DNA of 64,000 nt from Balanoglossus misakiensis. Its lineage: Eukaryota; Animalia; Hemichordata. Position 1 is the stretch's first letter; each line of letters starts with the position of its first letter. The translations under genes and the position numbers were made by a program. The notes below the pieces were generated by a model. That model saw only the letters and a program-made list of their open reading frames with translations. It was not told the origin of the DNA and did not search any database. Where the stretch lies: positions 6,747,705 to 6,811,704 of the forward strand of contig CM082587.2 in the NCBI GenBank assembly GCA_040954595.2, written 5' to 3'. Positions 36,941-49,600 of this stretch are shown here, piece after piece.

Positions 36941-39900
36941 TGAAATTTCCGAGTTCCCATTCCATGATGGTTGATGCTACAGTTTCATCCTTTGGCAGAC
37001 CAGTTTAGCCATTTCCTAGGGTCTCTTTTTCAGTCCCCAAACCCCAGGCTCTGGTGACCTTACAAGCCACTGTTCACCCATGCCACCTGTTGGAATGCCC
37101 ATTCGTGTCATGAACCCAGACACCCTGACTTCTTGCATGTTTTAGTCTTAACAAAATTGCCTTTATTGACAATTTTCTAATACGGGTATCAATTGACTCT
37201 TGTCATTTTACTGTCTGTTGTGATTTTGAATTGGAAAACAAAATCACAATTACATTTAACGTTAAAATATCAAAGGGGAATATTGCTCTTTGAACATGAT
37301 GGAAAATCCCATAGTTTTCAAATCACTCTCGGAAAGTTTTTGAAAATCGATTTGGCATTTTTGAGAGACTATAAGCAAGTGATCCCTGGAAGTATGATCA
37401 AATTTGAGGAAATATATCAGAAACTGAACATGCAAAAAAAGATGTCCATACTACCAATGAAGAAGAACTTTGAAAATATGGGTGTCATGTCATCATTCTA
37501 TAAATATACCAGAAACTGTTGCTACTGAAGAGTAAAATTTTGCTTAGACTTCATAAGATAGCCCATCACAGCTGTGTTTAATTTGAGAGTTTGCAATACA
37601 GGAATTAAGCATTAACAGTGAGGCATCATGGGAAACGTCACTCCCCAAGTTGGTGTGGAACAAAATACACAACCACAAAAATAAAAAATCAATTAATATA
37701 CTTTATCGAAGTTTTGGAGAAGTGTCAACTCCATCACTGAATGAGTCAAGTTTGTAGAAACACATCTCGGCAAAAAGTCCCGCCTAATTCACGACAGTTG
37801 GACTTAAATTAACAAAAGGGGTAGAAAATTATAATTTGATTACTGAGGTAATAGTCTGAACTGCTTATTTAATGACACTAACGATGTAGTCATTGATTCA
37901 CTGATTAGACAATTAGTAATCCAATCAGACACTGGTACGGTGATATTAGATTCTATATACCCCCAGGTATGCCGTGTATTAAGGTCTATATTTGCCCTCC
38001 AGGTCAATATACATTGTAGGGCGCAGAGTTTAGATAAACACATGTGACCAGCTGTACTTCAATTAGGATCCATCAAGTGTAAATTTGGAACAAGGTACTG
38101 CGGCAGTCGACAGAAATGGCATATTGCAATGCCCACACTGCGTTTTGTACTGTAAAATTCCAAATTAAATCTGCTGCTTTTTGCTTGTAAATTTCCACAA
38201 GTCCAAATGTGGCTATGATGATTACGTGGAACCGTGTAAAAGACTTGTTTTGGAATAAGTTGCAAATATTTGACTTAAATTACCACAGGGAACAGATTGA
38301 TATGGTATGGGTGTATTTTTGTTGTTGTTGATGTGTTATTGTTGTTGGATAATGTAGTTGATCAGCAACTCAACTAATTTCTTGTTGATTCCATTAACGA
38401 GAAATTAGTTATAACAGCAAAACAACAACATAATTTGACTGGAGCGCCACAATTATGAAAATGCTGGGGGGGGGGGGGGGTGTTAAGCGTCGAAGGCCCC
38501 ACTTTCCCCCCAAACAGTAACTCCAGAGACCAAACTCCCCCTGTAAAGCATTATACTAAAAAGTAACCCACATGTCCAGTCAGAAAAAAAATTCACTTTT
38601 TCCCCCACATATTTCCAAATCATTAAACTTTATTGTGCTGTGATCACAAATATGCAAAGAAATGTTCAGGTCACCATTAATGTAATACAATAAATACTGT
38701 AGTACAAATGAACATTTTATTATCATATTTATATCTCGCTATTTTAGATAGCGGTTTTTAAATATCTTAATGTTCTATCGAGCATATGCTTCAGTGTTTG
38801 TGGGGGATATTTTCCCTCAAAGATATATTTATGCCCGTGTGACTTCTGTCTGCAGTGATGGACATGTAAAGTTTATCCGCACATGGTAAAACTGTATTAA
38901 TGGTGAATTGTCCCTTTTCCCAGAAAACAGAACACAGTTTTCCTTGTCATGCTAATTGTCCTTGTTGTACATGAGGAATAGACATTCACACCTGTGGTTA
39001 TAATCCAGCAAACTGAGGTGTCCCCATTTGGGAGATAACTACCAACCTACAACTTTTGTGCAGGCCGTGTTTGGCATGCACGCTCAATTTGGTTGACCTG
39101 TTATAAATACATTTTTTTCTTATTTTACCAGCTATTTTAACAGTTTTGAGTGAATGGGTCCGCAACCCAGCCATCAATGTAAATTACATTGATGTAATAT
39201 ATGTTGCATGGCTTTTGTTTACCTTAGAGATTTACATGTATATATTCCAGATGCCCGCAACATCTAGCATTTCAGCTTTGTTCTGTTCTCCCCCTTTCAG
39301 TTTACTAAGTTTAGACGTCTGTCTGGGGCACAGTGTATTGTTTTGAATGACAATTAAACAAATGAACAGACGAGGTCAGACTACCAGGATAATTTGGGAC
39401 ATTTTGTTTATCTCTTTGCTTTGTTTGGCGTGTGAAAAGCGTGGATGTCCAACTGTTTCTCTTGTTGTCTGCTCGGTGATGGATGAACTCGGTGGTGTGG
39501 TTACATATAGCGTTATTTTTTTTAGTGGTATGACTGATTTTCACACAAACTCTTTCCGAGATTCAAAGTCCAATTTTGAAACTGTTAAACCAAAATTCCA
39601 ATTACTTTCAGTCGTTGAAGAACGTCACAAAAGTTGTGTAACATTAAAGGGCCAGTAGCTGTAATTTTTTACTTTTTTTAGTATATTGTTTCTGTGTATC
39701 AGCTGGTTTTCTTGTTCTCTTTTCTTCAGCGTGCAAAATTCACATTGTTCTGCTTGTCAACACAGCCCTGTTTATGTGTAAACAGCCATTGTTATTGTTG
39801 AAAAATGAATTGAGGTCCAGACTTTTCCAGTAGTGTAAAACGATTGATGAATTTTTACGAACTACGCGAGTGCCCGTTATACAGTAACACTTGACAAGGA

Positions 39901-42900
39901 GTTCACTGACTATAATTGACTAATTGACTTTTTTTTCTGTTCTGCTGCAGATCATACAAAAGAGAGTTTCGGAAACAAAGACCAACCGGTGTGCCCCTTT
40001 AAAGGGCCAGCGCATATACAGCAAGCAGTGGCTATACTTTGTAACTTTGGCTTGGAGTCCGGATGCGTGGTACGTGGAACATGGAACAGCGGTCTCAGCA
40101 GTTTTTGGCATAGTTCAACGGAGTTGGTGGATCAGTATAGGGTCAGTATGGTCAGGCAGGTTCCCAAAGGGTTTGGATATAGCCGTGTGGGCAAGCCAGG
40201 GGATTTGAATATCAATGTGTGCCTGTTTTGATAAGACATTGATATTTTCTCTCCAGGGTCTAGAGACAGAGAGATCTATACTAAGCCACAGGGCAATTCA
40301 ATGGCAATTGAGTGGATTTGGAAAGTGTTTGTGTATATACTGAGTGTATCGTTTCTGATGATGTGTGTGTGCCTCAGGGTCTGTACATGTATAACATGTA
40401 GATCCCCTGAGGGCTGTGATATTGAGCCCCCCTTTAGGTGTTTGGACATGCAGTGATGTGATTGTGCGTGTTGTGGTGTTTGACAACACTGATAATGTGT
40501 GCATGGGTGTCTTGCTTGAAGGATGTGTTAACATGTGCAGTGCATGCATACCGTATATGTGTGTGTCATTTAGTGCCCCAAGGTTGGAATTTGTACAATG
40601 GTCTGTCGACAGGCAATGATAGTGTCAGGCAATGTAGTTTTTGCATTTGTTCAGTATAGCTGTACACATGCACACACACACACACACACACTCATTAACA
40701 TAAAACTGAGAATGCTAGTAGTCATCAGTGGTAATATAAGTTTGTATACTGCTGATTTTGATCATCCATCATCCCTCAAAAGTCACCATCTCAAAATAAT
40801 GTGCACACATTATTTTAAAGGGAACGTTGGAAAAGTTGATAGCTGTAGTTTTGTTGAACATCTACAACTGCTCAGAATTTAATTTGCAATTAAAGTTGCA
40901 AACGGCAAACAGATAGGCTACAATGAATAAGAGAACAGCCAAATCCAGAGTCAAATCGCCGACTGAGCAGCCATCCATCTTGTCACAGGGTCAAAGGTCC
41001 CCCAAATACAATTGGTGACATGTGACCCACTAATGGTAAGGTCATAGGGTAATTAGTCGACGGCAACTAGCAATGAGAAAAAAATCAGTTTAAACTCAAA
41101 ATAATCGGCTCAATAACAGCAAGCAGATGCTAATCTTGTCGCTTTGACTGGAGTTCAAATTAATTTTTCTCTACACTGTTTAAATTTGTCCAAATATTAC
41201 CCACTGTTCATTCTCGATTGCATTCTACTGTTTGAATTGAAGATGAGATTTGCTGAACTCTGCTACCAAGTGGTCACATTTTCATGCAGTTTGATCATAA
41301 TTACAGAAAATGCTGCAATTTTAATTGCATTAAACGTTGGTCTGCGAAGTGTACAAAGTAATTCTTTTGGAGCTTCTTGATCTTAACTCGTCTGACAGAT
41401 TCGAATGTTCTAGTTTTCTGCGAGTATAATATTCCAGAACCCCAGGGGGGCTATTCTTGAGATCAGATTGGCTGAAAAAACTTTCGGTATTGAAAATCAA
41501 TGTCGGGAGTTAATTGATTATTGGGCTAAAAAAACGAGCACATTCAAGACATATCAGGGCCTGTGTTGTAATGAAGTATGCACGATCAAAGCGATCGGGT
41601 CCTAGGTTTGCAGTGCAGTGGTGTGTGCATACCAACGGATGCTTGTATACAACGCTTTATATATTTAGCTGGGATTACACACACACACACAAAACGTCTA
41701 CAGACTGATACAATGAAGTTTGAAGTCATTGATTGAGGTAGTTTATACAGACATTGCATTGTGGAATGAACAGGAGTGCCGCTTTGAGTGGCAACCATGC
41801 ATGTCTACTTAGGCAGTCAATTATGCCAGCTGCCGTTCGGCGCACACCATACATCACCCACCGAACTTGTCGCGTCTTACAGCCGGTTACGGAAAAAAAA
41901 AAAACGTTTTGTCGGGGCTCGGGCATTTAACACCCCGCATCAGTAACAACTAGCCGGCGCAACAAGCACTTGCAAATCACAACAAAGTGACACCTTTCCG
42001 AGTCGATCGAGAAACGCAGTCGCTGGCTCGAATTTTTTTTGCCCGTGCGCGATCAGATACGGGAGCATGCACGAGGTCAGCCGGGTGATGAATCGGCGTG
42101 CCCCGGGGCTGTGATTTGCCCTGGCAGGTCGTTACAAGTTCTCGCCGCTCCTCCCGCTATCAATTTCTATCATACTCTGAGACAGTTTTAATTCTGAAGA
42201 CAGAGGCCCGTCGTTGTGTTTTGAGACAGGGTTATTTAATGGCGGCATGCAGCCGTAGGAGCTGTTCAGTGATTCCCTCCATCACCAATCAATTGATTCT
42301 CCCGTTACACCAGTCGTAAATTAAGACAATTAGAGCGGCACAGGATGGAAATCTAACTCAGATTATCCAACTCGTCCATTAATTCCGGGCTGATTTTCTG
42401 GTGGAGATTCCCGTCTCTGCGGCAATAATTACTTTTAAAGGGGAAAAACGGGAAATAAAAAAGGGAAGAGAATGAAACATCAATGCCCCTCATTAAGAGA
42501 GGATCCTCAAGGGTTGGAGGGGGAGGGGAGGTTGTGTGTTCCTTGTTTCAGAATAATTTGTACAACCCCTATAAAGTGATGGTGATTATAGGAGCCAGCA
42601 GCGTATACTTTAAAACACACCCACCTTCTTTTCTTGGCATTATTTTTTTTTTTCAAGTTGTTTCTCTTTTCTCATAGCTTGTTCTCAAAATAAAGATTAA
42701 TAATTATAATAATACAGGAAGTAAGGTCTAGTCATCAAGGTCATCTATGTTAACTCTACGTCGTTGATTAACCCTGTCCGTCCACACATCTGGTTGGTAC
42801 AACCCCTTTTCTTCATTGGTATGGTTGGATCCATGTACAGTGAAATAGGGGTGTCAGGGTTCATGTCTGCACATTTTGAAAGCATGTATTACACCACTGC

Positions 42901-45900
42901 CGTAATGCAGTCAGATTTTATTTCGGTTTTTTGATGCATTAAGGTGTGCAATATGTTCGAACTACTTTAACTGGTTTTCAGAGATTAGAAGAAAAGCAAA
43001 CAAAATTTGAAAGAGTTGAATTCTCGACATCGTATGGTCGTGATTGAGTGTACAATCAGTTTTTCACTTCTCTCAGCTTTTACTAAAAGCCGAAAGAATT
43101 TCTTTCGCCGTTTTACGTTGTTTTCTTATTTACACTTCCATAAATGAGTGATGTTTGTAAATACTGCACTCAAAGTGGCACAATATTGTGTAAAGCACTT
43201 GGTTTAATGTGAAGTTTCTCCATACGCACCCACGCTTTTGCAAAAAAAGTAAATTTACAGATTTGAGCTGCCAATGTGTTTGTTTTAATCCGCCATTAGT
43301 GTTCGGCGCACTGAGCATGCTCAGAATCAGTGTCTGGTCTCTGATTGCCCAATAAAAACCAGTCTCCCTCCAGCAGACAATTAACACACAATTACAAACT
43401 TCTTTAATAAAAGAAAGCGTGGCCCCCACAGAACACATCAAGCTCGTAAAAAAACTCACTTTCCTCTCCGTTACCACGCTTTGAATTGTTAAACCGTGAA
43501 AGGTCCACAAGAATATTAGACCCAAACTCAACATATGGGCTTGCATGTACACCATGACCATAATTCGTGAAAAATGTATACTTGTAATATCAGGGAGATT
43601 GAGACAGCCTTTCAGAATTGGACCACAAGAGGCTTTATCGTGAAGAAATATTATTCGCGTTTGTCTAACTCACTAACTTTAATCTCACGGATAGATGTTT
43701 GTAGACATAGCCGGCATGTAGACTATTAGGGAGGATCTGTTTGTTGAACTGCAAGATCCAAAGAGCGTCATAAAAAAACATTGGGCTCGCGCGTTGATAA
43801 ACAGCCATCTGTCCGGTAGTAGTGCGTTTGACAGTTTTCTCTGCCATTGCAGTGGGTTACAAGTTAGTTCTCGGTAACATGCTGTACAAGTCAGTGTATA
43901 AGAGAGTGTTTGTAGAGTTGCGCACCATGCAGACAATTTGTCATACACGCCTCTCGGACAAGTTTTCAGTAAAAATGATAGTCCTCCTAGGTCTCATTGA
44001 AAACAAAGAAGAAAACATGGTGAGATCACTGTCTTGTTTTCATAAAAAAATCACTACTTTATTTGTTCTGTAATACAGCACAGAATAGAAATGCTTTGAG
44101 GACTGTCATTTTTCTGAAAATCTCTCCCCATGGTGCGTACTATCTACCAGAAAAATCAATTGTCAACACACACACTCACAAGCCAAGTCGACAAGCTGTA
44201 TACATGTATACCAGGCATTTCAACTCGCACCAGAAAATAGGAATCCGTAGTCAATATGCAGACAAGCAAACAACTAAAAATACCAAAGTTGCAGCGTACT
44301 CGACATGAGTTTTGATATCACAGAGGAATAAACCCATCTTCACCGAGGCTAATTCAGGCGGCTGCTATTATTGCCTCCTCCGTTCCAATAATAGAGACGG
44401 TGGTTCCAAACGGGTCCATTTTTAAAACGTCTGTATTTAAAAATAAAGCGTGTGCATATTCCTTTTTATAATATTAGTTTGCCCTGAATTTTTTTTTATA
44501 ACGTGCGGTGTTTTATGCGGGATATGAGAGTAAGTAAACTGAGCATTGCTACAATTCTACGGGGTTAGGGGAGTTTGGAGTTACAATAGGGGGATCTGGA
44601 AACCATGAATTTATGTTGTTTCACACCCAGGGCAGTCAATCCATGACCTTGCTCGGTTCACGCTGCTTGTCTCGTCGCTTGAATGCGGTGTGGCAGTTGT
44701 GCAGACATTTTCTGACGAAATCAAAAATTTGCCAGACCAACATTTCAGGGAAATCTGCCCTTTCTGGTACTGAGTGTACTTTCTGAACATAGCTTGTGTA
44801 TGGTTGTGTGTCTACATGGGTCACTCAGAGACTGTAGGTCAGTGCGAGAATAAGATGGCAGTGAGAGAATACTGGGATCACAAAGTCTAATAGTAACTCG
44901 TAGGTAGCTGCAACTTTTGAAGCAGTGTTTTGTGCAAAATCCAAGTCTGTCTAATTGCATAGCTAACAGTTTCACCCTGCAAAAGTTGCAGTCGTGAAAT
45001 TTTTTGTTGACCAATTAGTACTTGATCCAGAATAACAGCGATCTCTTGGAGAAGTTATACGTCCTAAAATAGCGTCAAGGACACTGTGCTCCCAGTAATT
45101 TGTATTAGTGCATTATCAAGCGTACTTGATTGGTTACGTACTGTCTCATCTTGAGATAATTCTTTTCATTACAATTGAATATTTCATATATCTTGAATTA
45201 TTTTTTAATGTTAACTTAGTAATCTCTCGAGCCAAGTTTGGGAGTGCACACTGAGGTCTTGTCTCAGAACGGAGCATGAAGCTGTCTGAGGCTGGAGGTA
45301 CGATTTATTGAATAGGTTTTGCTTCATGCTAGGGGGTCGAGTTATGGATGAAATCCGCCATCTTGAAATTCTGTCGACCACATGAGATTTTTATTACTCA
45401 CCTAGGTAGTAAAAACGTATTTAAGGTAGGGAGAATTACAGGCACTGCTGATCAAAACGTACTGGAAAAAAACGACATGAATAATGCACACTTCATGTTG
45501 GTTGTCATGACAATTGATAAACTGTTGCCATGCATGGAAAAACACCAGAAATTTAGCAATGCGAGTTGTGGTTCCCTTATTTTTTACACAACCACCTGTT
45601 GCATGGACAGTACACAAAGTTATATGTTTATATTCCCGTTGTTTTACATTACTTAATATCTTGACTGGGAATCGTCGAATTTTGTCTCTAGACAGTGTGA
45701 TGATATTTAAATATGTACAGGGTATGTTTAATTTCGTTTCATTTCTAATCCCGCTAAATGAATCCAACCCTTCCCCTTAAAATTGTGGGGAGGGAGGCGT
45801 AGTACCCACCCCTTACTATGCCATCTTGAATTAAAAAACACGATACTTGAAAATATTAGTCCATCGTTTATAAGGGATATCATGTTTTTTCAAGTATGCA

Positions 45901-46319
45901 GGATCAAACAAATATTTCTGTGTGTATACACAGATGCATTTTCTATGGTTTGACAAACGTACGAAATACAATATATTCATGAATTATGCGTATATTTCTA
46001 GGAATTCACATTGCGGCCAGATCAAAAGCTGTTATGGTCGGGTTTCATGAAAAGTGTATGTATAGAACAGATATTTATATATCTAGGAAAAATACAATGA
46101 AATCATCTGAAATGTGGGTTTTCTTCATTGTTATTTAAGTGGTGAATAAACTGGCAGCAGAGAGTATGAATATCAACAGAGATGAATCATAAAGTTTTAT
46201 TTTAATATCAGGCATCATCGGGGGATAGCAAAATAAATGGATGTGTGTGCTACCCTGTGGACGGTAATATGTTAAACAAAGAATATATGAGAGAGTGTCA
46301 CGATCCATTTTGATCACCG

Positions 46320-46620
46320 TTCTCTCAAGATGCCCCGTCCGTTCCCTGGCGAACCTTGTCCGCCAGCCATGTCCAGCTGGGGGACAGCTCGACATCGCCC
46401 GCCGAATTGGTGCGGGAATATTTCGTTTAGACTTGTTCCAAGGTTGATCAGCGTCCCGTGTAACTCGTATTCGGCCGTGTATCCGAAGGACATTGCTTTT
46501 GCAATTTATAAACCGCGCAGGACCGTCGTGTCGGGTTAGTTGGCGTAGCGGGAGTTTTTATCTATAAACACCGATGACGTCACGTGATTTTGCCGGAGCA
46601 TGGGCATTTGCAGCTTTATC
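46320..46620. promoter_or_regulatory. Putative promoter at the CpG-poor/CpG-rich boundary
   Basis: Overlapping CRE and E-box TGACGTCACGTGA 46575-46587; TATA-like TTTATAAA 46505-46512 and CTATAAA at ~46562; CpG-rich. Confidence 0.35.
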
Positions 46621-49600
46621 ACCGCTCGGTGGTATCTTCACCGCCCCGTATGTTCGTATTTCTGCCTGTCTGTTTGCGTGGGTCTTTGTTTAATACCACG
46701 TTCTTTACACTCCCAGCGGTTTATGCCCTTAGCGTGCTTATTTTTTCTCTTTTTTACGATTCTTGCCGATGCTGACTCGGAAAAAGAGACAGAAAAACAT
46801 ATATAGGCCCCTAAAAGGATTGCTATGCCATCCCATACATTAACTTTTGAATGCATCTTGAAAATCGATGTTGCTTAAGTCTAAATTGTTCTCGTTTTAT
46901 GAAGTCGATAACATGACTGAGTTGGTGCTCGATAACGATAGGTGGCCAAATTCTGCCACGGACAAACGCCATACCCAGAACGGATTAAGAACTTCAACAA
47001 GTTTAGCTGTTGAAATCCACTTTACGTCCAATGTAATTATCATTTATTCATTTTATTCCTCTTTTATTAGGCTAATAAATTTTACGATGTACAACTATTG
47101 CCTACAAGCCAAAGCCGTTCCGGCGCGTTAATAATGCTCCCGCTAAGTCGCTGGAAAAAAATTAAAAATATGGCATTATTGACTTGACGAGATGACGGCT
47201 TCGTGTTGAGACGAGTCTGTAAACGAGTCTCGGAATTTAAGAGAATATACCTTTTGTCGCCTTATGTCTATTTTTGATCGATGAAATGTCATGTGTCGAG
47301 TGCACGACAACCGTTTGTTCCCGTCGTTCTATCTCGACAGCACCAAAATTATGAGTAATGGGAAAACATTGTTCCTGAACTCGCTTTTAACTCGTGCCGT
47401 GATCTTTATACAACCTTGACATCATCGATTGTCGCCCCTGTCAAGGTTAAACACCGGGGATAATTTGCAGTCACTAGATTCATTCACACGCAGGATTTCA
47501 GTTTTTGTTGTTGTTATCTTCCACCTAGCTTCATTGTGCCGGGGCAGCTGTGTTCCCGCGCCCGGGGTTTTACCCCGACGCGAACATACGGCCTGGCGTT
47601 CAATTTTACACGGCGATTATGCATGGGAGGGGGAACGAGAAGTGAGATGTCCCGGGCGCAATATGGGGAGCAGATAGACGCGGCCAGCTACCCGTCACTT
47701 ATTAGGCGCGCCCATTGACGCTTTCATCCGAACATACATATTTGTATTGTGAAAGGGGGGAATCAATTGGTACATGAAAGCGCAGAGCTATGAAGCCATA
47801 AAGCAAACCGTGCTGTGGTTGGATTGGTAACAATGCCGCGCAGTTCATTTTCCAACGCCACTTCTCTCCGCACAATGCGATGACAGACTCCTTTTCACGA
47901 GTTGACAGTTCCGACTATTGTGGTCTCACCACAAAATATGTCCACGCAGAGAGCTGTATGGGGTTAATGTAATATTCGATTTCGTAATTGAATTAAACAC
48001 ACAGAATGCCAACCAGATGCTGGCTGCCCTGTTCGATGAGACTTAAAACGAAATTAAAGTCTCACTTTTACGACGACTTTTCTCAATACAAATCAATTTC
48101 TAATTTCCAGCAAATTATTTCGAGCGAGAGAGATTTCTAAAAAGTGGGGCACAAGCGCATTGAAATGAATGGGCGCTGCTTCTCCATTGTGTCGAGCGAA
48201 AACAGCCCGATATCAATATGTCTCACTGGATTCGCACCACGCATGTGCGTTTTAATTTTGGTCTTTCGCGATCGTTGCCCTCCTTCTCGGCTTGAGCAAC
48301 AAATTGTCAATATTTTTTTGTCATTTCACCGGTGGTCAGTTTATTTCATCTCCCCGCGGTATAGTTAATTTACACAGAATTACCAGGGAAGTTCAAACAA
48401 GTGTTATACTCGGAATCGTCATCTTGATCCGGAAGCTCTGACGAGGGATGTCCGATTCGTCGTCTTATTAACCCTTTCGTTCGCTTCCGCATCTTCAAGA
48501 AAACGACAATAGTGCAACAGTGTTTTCTCGAAATTCTACATGTAAGGCTGTGGAAGAAGAAAACCGTGCACTGCATCTGGGTGACAACTGCCTCATTAGC
48601 GTAGAGTATCATCACGGGCGCCGGGAGCCGCCGTCTTGACATGTCGTGCAAACACCGTTCGTATAGATAATTTCTTGGAACTGCATTTTATTTATATGTT
48701 GACCATCTGTGTGTTCAAATGCTAATTGATAAACATGCAGACATACAGGTACTACATTCGGATAACTTTGATATTCACTGGTAGGCGATGAAGAACAAAA
48801 CACACAACGAATAATATTGATCTTTGAGGGGGAAAAAGTAAAAGAAGAACATGTATTGATGGCACACGTGCCCTGGTCAGTTGGCATTGGGTTTTCTTCT
48901 ATTTGGGTTCTTTCCATTCGTATTTTGTGTACACTCTTGAAAGTTGACCGTTTCACATGATGTATGCAAGACTCAAAATAAATACTGGCGGGCTGGCAGT
49001 AAAATTTGGTGGTATACATGCAAATTTCGTGTATGCAAAATTCGTGCTGTGTATATGCGCGATCACGGTTATTACGAGTGCTCTTTGTCGATTTAGAATC
49101 TGCGTGTCTTTCCGGTTTATGGGAAAGTTAGTCTAAATTCATCAAATAGTTTTGATTCATTGGCCAGTCTACCGTACATTCGTTACCACGGCGCGAGCAG
49201 ATATTGAACATTTACAAAAAAATCTCTCCAAATCCTTCCCGCCTTAGGAGTAAGTAAGGCGTATCTGCACGTACTCATAACCGGATAATAATCGTCCCGA
49301 ATCGGGTTTTCCGTTGAAAGGGTCATATGGTCAAACCCGAATCTTCCCACAAGGTAACGACATATGCTCTAAAGAGTACAATATGACTCCCGCGATTGTC
49401 AGTTAAACAACTATAATCTGACAATTAACAACAGAACAAGTCAGACGCCGCATTCAGGTCGCCGATGGCGTCACATAAACATACTGTGGTATCGTACACG
49501 ACTTAGTCGTGCAAAAGTCAAAATGTAGCCGTTGTCGTAAAGAAGCCCGCCGCGTATTTACGACGATGCTATAATAACTATCGCTTTCCTCTTCGTCGTA

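Noticed and set aside
39643-40001. Possible TTAA-flanked Kolobok-like MITE (TTAAAGGG..CCCTTTAA)
   Set aside because: Inverted similarity does not extend convincingly beyond the first few bases, and no second copy was recognised.
46536-46551. Pol III A-box-like TGGCGTAGCGG (13-mer shared with 50641)
   Set aside because: No B-box or cloverleaf downstream; not a tRNA or an evident SINE head.
48617-48636. GGCGCC..GTCT as a BMP/Smad-Schnurri element
   Set aside because: Spacing does not fit GRCGNC-N5-GTCT.
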